Below, one piece after another: positions 1 to 12,800 of a DNA stretch of 64,000 bases; the first letter of the stretch is position 1; every line of letters begins with the position of its first letter. Location: the NCBI GenBank assembly GCA_030141605.1, contig JAQGDQ010000017.1:310001-374000 (forward strand). The letters are read 5' to 3'. Both the position numbers and the translations under genes were made by a program. Under the pieces are notes generated by a model, which was not told where the DNA came from, did no database searches, and saw only the letters and a list, made by a program, of their open reading frames with translations. Origin of the DNA: Tubiluchus corallicola (taxonomy: Eukaryota; Animalia; Priapulida).

Positions 1-2545
1 AATTGACCAGATTGCAGCCTATATATAAACTACAACTTTTGAATTCCATTGTAATTTTGTGGTGCTGATAGCCTGACATGCTAACGACTTTTGTAGCTGA
101 ACTAAAATTAAAAAAATGACAAAAATTGTATGTTGTCATCTATCTTTTATCAGCTAGTTTTTTTCATGGGCAGAAAATTAGCGTTACATCTTCGTGATCT
201 GTTGCACATCATTGGAATGTAAATTGAGTAGTGCTTGTAATAACACCCAGTTACACAACAGTAAATGTGCCATGACATTTCATTTTGTGGAATAAAAAAC
301 TTGAAAATTTCGCGGGTAATTTTTGCTAGCAATACTGATTAACAATTTCACTTGTAAGTTGTTGGTGCCTCATTAAATTTGCAAATACTTAAACAGCTGA
401 TGTATGGATAAAATGTGGCTAAATGCTTGTCATAGGCAAATTGATTTTCTAAAGATTTGAACAGTTTGATTTATGACAGTAACAGAGAAGCACAAATTTT
501 TATTTTTTATCCTTATTTTTATGATAGCGACAGGTACAAAAACGAGTCGCTAAGGAGAATTTATAAACTTAAAATCTTAAACTGTTTGATAAATAGGCTC
601 TGAAAATTCAAATAACTGAAAAAAGTGTAAATGCTAAAAATGAGTTTCCATTGCTGTTCAGACTGCCTCTCAGTTGTCTGTCACTCGAGACAGCTCTGCA
701 ATGCATGATTCGCTGTTATTGCATTGCAAGCAGTTTCTATGTACTTACAATGAAGTCGTGTTTCCACTGTTTTGTCACTCGCCGTAGTTCTTCAGCTGTG
801 ATTTGCTGAACAAAAACAGTTGAGTCAGTTTTTTTTAATTAATAAGTCGTAGCTATTAACTTCTTGCGTTTGATTTGGAAAGTGTTCCGTTATTTTTTTG
901 TTGAATGGATAATAGTCACTTTAGGTGTTTATTGTGAGCACCATTTTCTTTTTTTATTTCATATTTCAAAGTAATAATTACACGAATGGTAATGTAATGG
1001 CGTACGTATACATTTCAGTTTTTATAAAAGATAATGTACATTATGTCGTGCACCTTTTGCAAAAGTGTGCAGCTTGTTTCGCTTGTTGTTGTAAAGTTGA
1101 AAAATAGGGTGTAATTCTCTCCCTGGAAAATTCATTATCATTCCTTTTTTGGTTACTTATAAGTTTACTAGTTTATAAGATGTTTGCAGTTACTGCAAAT
1201 CTCTTTAGTTGATGTACTGTCAGTTTACTTTGAAGCAAGTTTATTCAGTTGAATTGTTGTAAGGAGTTACAGAAACTGCGACTTTGTCTAGTTTAATTAT
1301 TGCTGCAATTACGTTTGCAGTCACTGTAAGATTCTTTGTTTGAATTGTTGTACAATATTTGCAGTTGTGAAACTTGCAAGATGCAAAGACTGCATCAATT
1401 GTTTTCTGCATCATAATAAAAAGTGAAATTTAAAACATGTTAGGCATTCACCCAATTTCTGACTCCACGGTTCTAATAATTAATAGGTTAGGCCTACAAA
1501 CCAGTCTATTGTTAAGCGCATTATCTTTGTGATCAGCAATAAAGTTAGTTTTAATGAACTGCCACTGGATGGCGCCAAAAACAATTCTTATGCATCAATG
1601 CTAAAACTAGAAAAAACTCGCAAGTGTATGTTAAGCTACTCATAACCTAAACTTAAAAACAGTACATTCTATATTAATTATATTGTTGTTCTGTAATTTT
1701 AATAAATTGATTGTGGAGCGATGCTGACTTCATGAATGTACAGAAGACCTTTTTTGTTACTTTTGAGGTTTCTGTACCTTGGTTAACTGCATGAATTGTT
1801 GACCTTGTTATCTAAAATATGTGTGTAAATATAACACCTTTGCATATTTGTAAGACATTGTTTTAGCATTGTTCTATTTTGCTTTGTTAAAGGGGGGAGA
1901 AAGGGCAATTTTAAAAGTGTGTCCCAAAAACTTTCCACACAAAGTTATATTATTAGCATTATGCTTTCTTGCTTGAAAGACTTATATGACTTAGAAAAAA
2001 AAACGTTAGTATTTAAATGTTCACACCGAAAAATGTATTTTTACTCATTGACAAGATAGAGTAATTTTTACTTTTCCTTAGTCAAGTGTGCTGTATGAAT
2101 GCTCTGATTATTTTCTCAAACTCTACGATGTTATCTGAATTGGTTTCAAATGAACTACTTTCAAAATGGCAACTCCTAATAGTCATCGTGGGAGTTTAAG
2201 TTATATACAGCGTTACTGTTGATACAAGCTATGCGCGCAATAAGGCAACATGTGGTTGATGCATAATCTCAAGATGATTTTTTTAGCTTTATGTAAGCAA
2301 AGGGCTTACACTTTAACAGTCTGTATATATATGTGTGTGTGCGCGTGAGCGTGTAATACAGCCGAATTTTTTGAATTCGCAATGATATGTGATGTAAATG
2401 GTGTGATTTGTTCGACTGGCACTATTAACAAGTTTTAAAAACTGCCTTGTATTAATAACTCCTCCTTAACTAGAGCTGTTTAACGTTTCAGTTTCATTTA
2501 TTAAAAACTTCATTTTTAAATAAAGTAGTTATTGAACAATTAAAA
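1..2545 (+). other. Probable 3' UTR/terminal region of a plus-strand gene lying left of the window
   Basis: T/G-skewed sequence with no credible ORF, ending near AATAAA at 2519-2524, where the skew flips to A/C-rich. Inference only. Confidence 0.4.
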
Positions 2546-4246
2546 ATTACCACAAGTTAAGGCACTACAAACAGTTGTATCAAACTTAAGTACCATTAAG
2601 AAATATGACAGTAAATAATTACGAAGCTATCATTATTCAGTCAGAAAAAAGAACAAATTTAAGAGAATAAATCATCAGTTTTACATTCTTTATACCATAT
2701 ACCCATTAGCAATAAAAATCATTACACTAACCTTAATCACAATTCGTGTATACAAAATTAAAATAATAGCTTTTGTAATATTAATAAATATACATATCTT
2801 ATATTTATATAATAAAAATATATTGGAATGTATCATTACATAGGATAATTATTATCTATATCCATTCTGTTAACAAGTTATATTAGAATGGCAGTTAATT
2901 ATAGTTTTTATTAACATAATAAAAGGCAGAAAGTACTGATGCAAGTTTGTCAGCCCACATCTAAGGTAAAAAATATTGTACACAAAAATAGCAGGAACAT
3001 CGATACAATAGGAATAAGTATCTGATCATTACAACTGACACAAGAATAACCAGTCTGCTTGCAACCAAACATCGTTAACAGCTAAGCAACACTGTGAAGC
3101 TGGCAAAATGAGTGAGTGATGGGCAAGGAGTTGGCAGTATTGTTGTTCTTAGAATTCTTCATGCTTTTGTGCAAATAAATGAACCATAATGCTTTGGCTT
3201 AAACAAATGGAAGAAGAAGTGTTTTAGGTACATATAGGTAACTCGAATACCTCCATATTAAAATAAGACACAAAAGTTCATTATAGCACAGGTAATGCGG
3301 AAGTGTTAACATTTTACCGCAATGAAGTTTTGATCATTTGTTTTTGCATTTTTATTATAGGTATTCACAAAATTAAAATTTTTGACAATTTAGCTTAATA
3401 TTCGAGTCATTGTTTAAATATCTTCAAACAGTCACTGAACACTGCATTCTCTAATCTTCCAAAACATGATCACCATTTTGTATGTGAAAATGCTGTAACA
3501 AAGAACTAAAGAACAGAAAGAAACTTGTTCAAAACTCTAAACATCGCATCACTGAGCACAACAATTGTAACAAAAAAATTCAAAAGTTGATTTTTACAAA
3601 CAAGAGAAAATCAACATGTATGTAAAACATAAAATGCTGCACTTTCTTGGTCTATTTCCAGCACCATCATTAACAATTTAATTTGTATCACACCAGCTCT
3701 GATATATCTACACAACGAAATTGCATTAAATTTAGCTCCCATTACCACAACTACAATACGTAAGGCTTTTACGATTTTTTAGGACAAACACTATGACAAA
3801 ATGGACAGATTTTAACAGACACACTGGCACAACATGATTTGCACTGCTTTGATATATATTAAAACAAATTGTAGCAGAATAAACATGGACGGAACTACGA
3901 AAAAGGCAAGCATGTAGTCCTACGAATAATCAATATTGAAAAGGTCAAATGTTTAAAAGGCTTTTTGCAACCACATACTGCTATTAATCATTTATCACAT
4001 CACTTCCCATAGAATTACTATAATAAAAATATTCCCCACAATCACAGCCAAGGAATGTATCAAAAGCAGGCCCGTGCATAATCTTATTTACTTAGTTGAA
4101 ATAACTGCGCTATATACACACACAGTTGCATTCGAGGAAAAACAGATTTATGTATTTCATGAAAACGTTAAAATTAACGAATAGTTCAAAGGCCTCAGAG
4201 TTAAAAGAAACATTAGCATCACAACCTAAAAACTTTATTATTTTTT

Positions 4247-4643
4247 AAAAGCAGGCTTAGATCGACCTTGCGACGCAACACAGGTGAGAGCAACTGAAGA
4301 CTTGGCAACTGGCTGTAACTGGTGGTATATGGTACACCCTCAGTTCCGGCGGTATATGGTACACCAACAGTATATCCAGTTGACACAAACAAGTTTACGA
4401 CGCAATTTGGTTCCAGCAAGTTGTGCATCTTCTACTCGTGCTAAACCGTATCCACCCAGTTTTAATCTGAGCATTGTTTGACGATGATTATGGTTTCGTC
4501 AAGTGGTCTGGCCAGAGACAGGTCTACACATATCTTCCTAGTTGCTGGAAATCAGTTGCAGTCAATCTGAGCGTGTCTACGATTGTTTCTTATCAGTTGA
4601 GGTGAGTTGTGTCACGTCGCAGGTCGACCTAAACTTGGCTTAA
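4247..4643. mobile_element. MITE with ~35-bp imperfect TIRs, PIF/Harbinger-like
   Basis: Left AGCAGGCTTAGATCGACCTTGCGACG matches right CGTCGCAGGTCGACCTAAACTTGGCT, with TAA-like flanks. Internal direct repeat GGTATATGGTACACC x2. Confidence 0.7.
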
Positions 4644-5309
4644 AAAACCATAACATGTGCCGCAACCTACTGCTGCAGTTTTCCGCAGCAGTGTTTAACA
4701 GCTGAAAACAAATACATTAAGCTATAACTGTATGCTGTACCATAATGTTAGCTACATATATTCCAGAAAATTAAAATTTAATATCACATAACATTGCAGG
4801 AATGCATCACAATATACTGTGCATACAACAAAATAAGAATGGACATTATTAACAATCATAATCATATTATAAACGTGACAACAGCAATATAGAAACACAA
4901 AGCTTATAAAGCTGTATAGGCAGACATGTTGTGCACCATGGTTTAAAACACAACCACTAATGGCCGAAATGAAGTAAATAGATGATATCAATAGATACCT
5001 TTAAATAACCCTTTTTACAGTTCCAGCTATGAATGACATTTAGTTATTTGTTAGGACACGTTTAGGACACATTAGCATTCTCAGAATCATACACACATTA
5101 TTCAAAAATTATAAAATCTAGTTACGTATAACGAACAATTCTGTGATTATACCTGTGCATTTAGAGAAGCCATTTTGCATATTCAAGTACAAACTATACA
5201 TCATGCACAATTTTGGACAGCCATTTCTGTTAGAAGATGCGCACTACCATAGGCTTTATATGTTTATTATTTGCAAACATTAACAGATAAACTCTTATAT
5301 ACAGGTAAA

Positions 5310-5674
5310 TAAGCCTTTTCACAGTTCCAGCAATTGATGATGATCATATAAAAGGTCATAGCATATATGTGCACTTGACAATGCCTATCAGTCCATGCTG
5401 TTGTAATAATAACTGTTTTAACAGCTAGCCAGAACCTTACCTAGTTCATCTTGTCTTGTCCCCATACAAGATCTACTATCACTCAAGCAAGTAAATCACC
5501 CCTAAGCACAGACAAATGCATAATTAAGTCCACGTAAAACAACTGATGTGGCATACGACTTTGCTTTACCCACGTCACGTGACAGTTGCAGTTCAGATGC
5601 GTCACTTGGGTTCACTTAACCTATGACCTTCATCAACTGCAGGTGTGCACAACAAAAAACTGTGAAAAGGCTTA
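5310..5674. mobile_element. TA-flanked MITE, copy 1, in the PPM1H 3' UTR
   Basis: Perfect TIR TAAGCCTTTTCACAGTT...AACTGTGAAAAGGCTTA; homologous over its length to 25680-26065. Confidence 0.9.
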
Positions 5675-5805
5675 ATGCACTAAAAATTCAAGTCAGATAT
5701 GAATTGTACACCAGCCAGTCCTGAAGAATAATTTCAATAAAAGAGGAAAAATCTAGAAAGCTGATCTTAAATATATTCTTCTTCGTATAAATAATTATCT
5801 CTAAA

Positions 5806-8800
5806 CTAATTCTCATTAGTTTCTAAATCGTTGGTATGTTTTATGTCGCTCGACGAATTTTCTACGTGTTTTATATCGCTACCTGCTTCACGATCTTCAA
5901 CATTTACTTGGTTTTCTTGTTCGACAGGCAGAGTTTCTTGATTATGAGATAAATCACTCACATGCTTCGATGTCGCAGCCATCTGACCATCGTCCACAAA
6001 ACTTCCATCATTGTGCGCAGCGGCCGATTGGTCAACAGCATCATCCAGTTGTTCTTTCCAATCAGCGGGCCGACCAACAGTTAATCGTGGTGATACAGGA
6101 GTCTGTGCATTGCTGCCATAGCAACAGAGCGGAATGACAAAAACTGAGATGTCATCTATGGATGACGGCTTATTGTCCACTGTTCTCCAGCCGTATTTAG
6201 GCAGCAATAAACCCCTGGCATACATTACAAGCTCCTGGGCTGCTGAGGTATACCTGAAATAAAACTGCAGATCAATCTATTTGCAGAATCCAGAAAAGAT
6301 TAGATCCACTAAAATTTTGACAAAATTTCTACAATGTGACATTAGTTTGTTGTTGAGGAGGATACAGACATAATTAACTAAAAGAATAAAAAAGGATAAA
6401 GTTGAAAAGAAATAATTTTAACCGTTCTTGACATGAACAATACTAAAAAGTTTATACTATAATAAAATATTATTTATCTAAGTACAAAAAAGTAAAATAG
6501 GACATTAAGAGCATAAAAAAGCGTATGTACGACATTAATTTTGGCTAAGATTTTAGCCTAGCTACTTTATCAAGCCTGTATCAGAGCAAACAAGCAAAAA
6601 CAAACTATTTTATTTAATTCAGATTTTTTTCAGTTTTAACAGTAGTTGGTTTTGCAAAAATGATTTTGGTTTGGCTTCATTTCGGTTTGCCACAACACTG
6701 TTTAATAATCACAAAAAATACAAAACCTGCTTAAATAGATACAGCAAAACAAACCTAGTTGGCTCATCGGGAGAAAATTGAGAGAGAGATTCTGTAACTA
6801 ATTCCGCAGCTTTTTGGCTACTCACAACATCCCACAGTCCATCGGAGGCAAGAATAAGAACATCATCGTACGTGTGAGGCTGCTCCGATATGTCATATAT
6901 TTGCACCTGCAGTTCAAAGTAGTAATGGTAGTGGTAGCGGCGGTGGCAGTAACAGTAGCAGTAGCAGCAGCAGCAGTAGTAGTAGCAGTAGTAGTAGTAG
7001 TAGTATAATCTTTATTTTGCCTTTTTAAAAACATTGACCATCATAATAAAAAGACAGACAATCAGTGTTAGTTCAAATAAAATCATACACAGTTCTGGGC
7101 AAATGCATCTGATAAGGAGCTGCTTTGTTTTAGTGATGTTGGTAATGAATTCCAAAGTTGTATTGCTTGCTTGGTAATGGTAAGTGAGTTTTAATCACAA
7201 AATACATCAGTTCCGTAACTATTATACAGAGTTTGTTTTAGAGGAATACTAGAGCTGCACAAATCTCTAAATTTTAAGGCTAGTATCTTGTTCCAGTGTT
7301 TGAGATTTTCTGACCATGATAAATGTTTGTAATAGTTACTTTCTAAGATTTATCACAAATTTAGTACTTCAAAAAATTGGATGTAGAACTGGATAAATAA
7401 GGGTTCACATTAAGCAAAAATAGAGCTTAATAAACCTATCTTACTATGCATTCTTCTCGTTCGTGTCCCAATTGCCCAGAAAGCTCATTTGTCAGTCTAC
7501 GTACAAAATTACAAATATACTTTTGGGCTCAAGTTAAAATTTCTCCTTGGCTGGCCAGTTATTTTTGAAGTAAAGGTGAAAAAATACAGAAAAAAAATTT
7601 AATAACACAGAGTTGAAAGGGATAAGCTGCAAAGGACGTACACAATTGCTTGGTATAACCAAGAGAACGTCTCATACCCATTAAAACAAAGTGAAGAAAT
7701 GTTATTATACGAGAATTCAACACACATCGCAAAGTCAACAAAACAGAGTCAGCTTTCCAAGAAGCGGCAAAACAAACATTTTTGCACTTGTCTGCAATGT
7801 TTACATGCACTTTAGCATGAAAAAGCTCTCTACAACTGTAGAACACTTTTAATAACAGAAATTAACAAGCTAATTTTTAGCAATTCATCTCAGGAGTTGG
7901 TATGAAAACACATCCACACATGTGAACTGTCAGTGGCGTATCTAGGTATGACAGATATGGCAGGTGCCCTGGGCACCACTAAAAGGCAGTGCCACTCAAC
8001 AGTTTCTGAAAAAAATGAATTTTCTTCAAATGTATGATCTTTCGTTTTATGTGTGTGAGAAGTACTATAGTAGCCAGATTGTTAAAGAACTTGTATAAAT
8101 TATTATGTAAAAATATAGTGCTTACGCTACATGACCACATATCTCCCACTATCATTGCTCATGCTCAGCAGCAACTGGCATCATGATCATTCTCCCACAA
8201 AAACTAGGGAAGTAGTTTAAAATTCTGTCCAAAATCTATGAAATTTAATGTTCTTATTAAAAAGTGTTGTTAAAAATATACACCCACCGATGTTGTCTGT
8301 CAATTCCTTTATATTTTTAAGAAGACCACAAAACTTTTTTCACATTTTTTCTATTTCACACAGTTTTTTTACTTCCTCTTTTGAATAGTTCATTCTATAT
8401 CCTACTGCAATACTCTCTACAATACTTTCAATGTATATTTGAAACAAATAAATAAAAATAAAAAAAGATTGGTGTCAGATGTTTGGACAAGTGCACAATT
8501 TCAGTGCTTTTTATAGGCGCCATTTTCCCTAGCTACGCCCTGCCTTCTGCACAAGATACACCCACTGATGTTATCTGTCAAGAGTTGACCACATGCACAT
8601 TGTGAAGTAAGCACTTTCTGCAACTGTAGCAAAAATTTAATGAGTAAAAATTCACAAGCTCGACATCAGTGTCTTACCTCAGGAGTTGCACTGAGAAAAG
8701 GCTTTACAAACAATCCGGTGTCATGAACTTTTAAGTCGTGGTCACCGAATCCACGTGTCAAACCTATAGTCGCCATTAGCCTAGTCTGAAAAACACAACA

Positions 8801-9793
8801 ATTTGTACGTGCAGTAACTTTTGTTTGAGCTATTAATTAGTAATGGATCGTTGTTTCAAAAAATGCATTTTTGTGCTTTATACAAGAAACAATTGGGCAG
8901 TTTAAATTTGTCTTCTTTACAGACTCATCTAGCTACAAGCTCCGGCAAAGTTCAGACCGAGTGACAGATTTCAATATGAAATTTTAATAAAAGACCATAA
9001 GCTTGTTAAAAAACAACACACTAACAACATCAGAATTAGAATTAACAGTTTTATCTCTCCATATTTCAATTTTTGAGCTGATAGAAAATAACGCACACTC
9101 AGTTAAACTGAGCAAAGCAAAAAACTTTTTTACTGAACTCACTAATAATGATTTTTGCCACATTAATTTTCACCCAAAATGCTTAGTTGGTTCTAACTAA
9201 GATTGCTAAAAGAAAAAAATATTTCAATCTAAAAATAATTTTTTTCTATCTGAAAATTGTTGTAAGTAAACATCATGATTTTACTGTTTTGCTTAAGTAC
9301 TGAGGTGTCTTTAGTCTGCAAATGTTTGAAGAACTTCCAACTAATAATATTCCAAATCCTATTTGAAAAAAACATGACGAAATATCACTTGGCAATAAAG
9401 AATAAAATTTTATTGAACTAAATATTGCCTAAACTATTACTCAACTTCACTATTTTACATAAATTGCACACTAGCAAAATATACATCATATGTTTTTAAA
9501 CTTCTACTTGTACGTCAAGTGCATCTCACCTTTTTTCCTTCCCTAAATACGAGAGGGAATTTAATGTCTTCCTCAGTTGCTATTTTGTACGCCCACCCAC
9601 TCATGTGAGCTTCTCTGTACAAGACCCGCCTTCCAATGTCATCCGTCGAGAGTCGGTTTGCAAAGTCCAGGTGAGTGAACTCGTTGCCTAAGAGATGTGG
9701 ATGCATCCAAGCCTAAACGAGTGCAAAATATAAGCAATTCATATAAGCTTAATTTCAAGATATCTAAAACTAGTGAAGGTTAATAATAATAAC

Positions 9794-9825
<32 letters not shown>

Positions 9826-12800
9826 CAATAATAATAATAATAATAATAATTATTATTATAATAATAATAATAATAATAATAATAATTATAATTATAATAA
9901 TAACAACAATAATAATAATAATAACAATAATAATAATAATAGTGAAGGACAATCTAATTATTATTAAGTTCTTAAAATCAAATATGGTGGACAGAGGAAA
10001 ATTTGAAAAAAATAAATGAGCAATTATGCCCAAATATGGTCGAAAGGAGGAGATATGAGAACTAATTTAATTTTAGTTGCGATTTTTTTGGTTCTTCTAA
10101 AATTTAACACGTAAAGGTTTGTTTTACCAAAAGCAATTAGCATTTCGAAAATCGAAGCAGAGTAATAATATGTTTAAAAACTTTAATCACAGCAACGGTT
10201 AAAACAAAAATCAAGTCCCTCGGGAAATTGAGCTATTTTAATATGTGAGAAAAATGTTAGAAATGTCAGCAATAAAACTGTGATAAACGCCTCGTGTAGT
10301 TAGTAAACATCAACTTAAAGTAGGGATCACTTCAAACTTGGGCGCACTCAAGGAAGGAAATGTGAAGTGATCTATTTAACTCTTAAACTAGTCAGAACAC
10401 ATTAACTTATGTTAACTGGTACAAATCGGCCTATTTAAAGAGAGGATATTTGAGAAAAGAAATAACAGTTTGTGCAGCCTAAGCAGAGAATATATGAAAT
10501 ATATGAACCAGTATGTTAAACGGTAACAATAACACATATATTATAGAAGAAATGGTTTTAACGTTAAACTGCAAAATGTTGAAAAAATTCAAAAACTGAT
10601 AAACACAAAAACTTTAGATAGCGACTTCAACAATTTTGCAGCAGACGCACAGCTTTTAAGAAATTAAAGCTAGGATTGCTAATTTAAATGAAACTCTTTC
10701 CGAGTATTGCAAACTCTTAAAGACAACGCACGATATAGCTAGGCAAAGGCTAAGGTATAGCCAGGTATAGCTTTTAAAATAAACAATCTTGAATCTTGAA
10801 AAAAGAAACAAATTCAAACCGAGCATTAGCCTAAAAATAGCATTCAAAATTTGGGCACCAATACTTCCAAAATATTACTAGTCAGAATAGTGAACGGTGA
10901 CTGAAAATACTGTCACGTCCTTCAAGACTTTTTCATTGAAAAAACCTTAAAAACCTATTATGCCTCACACCAGAAACTGAAGTCTCTGTCTCTCAGTGTC
11001 CGGGGTAAAATCTGTTGACATGGTTGTTGCCTTTCCCTGCCGACAGATCACAGCTCGACAGTCACCGGCATTAGCTACGTACAGCTTGTCCAAAAAGAAC
11101 ATTGCAACGATCACGGCACAACCGCCAGCGATACGATACGTCTTCCGCTCGCGACCAATCTGAGAATCCTGAAAATTGTTTCGATCACGTCAAAGATTAC
11201 TGTGTTGAAAAGGCAGAGTCATTGATAAAAGCTGATGTAATAGCTGAATAAACACCTTTGCTGTAAAACAAACATTTCACTCATCTTTGAGTGTTATAAA
11301 CGTTGATTAAAACAGAACTGAAAATAGGCTCGGAATGATGCACATTTCAGTCTTATTTTTATTTTTTATTTTATCACAACAATACAATATATAACAAAAC
11401 ACGACATGATGACATAGTATATATAGGATTATATAATTACATTAATTTCATAATAAAATTGACATGACATGATATCTATATAAATTATTGCTTGCATTAC
11501 AGTCAGAAGCATTACTTGTGTGATGATAATGCAACTAATTGTGCAGGTGTTACGGTGCAAAAAAGAAAAGGTAAAAAATGATTGAATGACAGTGGAGAGT
11601 GCAGGAGAAGAGAATTAATAGGATCAGATTAGTGAAACAATATGGATGTGAATGAATACGAGATTGCAAATTTAATTGGTTGCTGTAATTAATTACAGTG
11701 TCCGGGCCAGTTGAGCAAACTGTTATTAGATTTTGACTTACCAGTTTCCGTATACAACAAGAAAATGCAGTGTTTTCAGTCTAGCAAAACCAAAACATGT
11801 GGCAAGTACACTCCAGTGATGTGTCCAGAAATTTTGGGACAAAGAGCACTCATTTAATTTAAAAAATTTCAGAAAATACTGTAAATTTAAAACACTGATT
11901 ACGAAAGCATTAAATTTTGTTCAAAAAATTTCATCATTCAGTAACATCGTTAAAATTTGCCAGTTTCAAGTCTTATAATGAGAACTGCATTGGCAGCTGA
12001 AAACTCTGTAACATGAATAGGATACAGGTAAAACATATAAACCTTGGTGTATGGTCATCAACTCTGTGTGCAGGTTAATACACTGGCTAGTTATTTATGC
12101 TACACTATCTCTAGGTAGTCATAAAGAATCGATAAACTTGCACGAGTGAAAGCTTACCACAGTTGGCAGCATAAGTTATACATTCTGTGCCTGGATATTA
12201 TTAATATTACTACTATTATTACATGTATATTGTATGAAGCACACAAACGCACCTGTGATATGAAAACTTTGCTATGGAAACAAACTGTGTTACGGACAGT
12301 ACTAACCGTGAGGGTATCCTGAACTTTTGTCAAAACATTAAATAACAATTTTTCGCAAATGAATCATTTCAGTTTCATTGTTGCCTTACCATTGCATGAA
12401 AAGCACATTCCAATGCTCCTATCACAAGTTCATCTTTTGAGATGTCTTTCAGATCTGCGAACGAGACTCTTGCATCAGGCCAACCGTTCTGATTCACGTG
12501 CTCGTGATTTTGTTCGTCATTAAAAAAGAGAGCCTGTACGCTGCTCACTTTTTCCTGTTAAATAAACAGAGAAAAAACATTTAATTTCTACAAACACAGG
12601 CCAAGTAATTGGCACTCCCACTAGTGGTGTGACATTGGTGCATTTTTGTAATTGATAATTGGATACAAAACTGATTTTATGCTATTTTACAAGAAAGCAG
12701 GTGTGTATGAAAACCGCATGTTTGGATTTATGAGAAACCTCGGCTAAGTGCCGACGGCAATATGCTGCTCTCGCACTCCGAACATTTCATATATGTACAG

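Noticed and set aside
9770-10033. Poly-Ile/poly-Asn ORFs
   Set aside because: Translations of the (AAT)n microsatellite.
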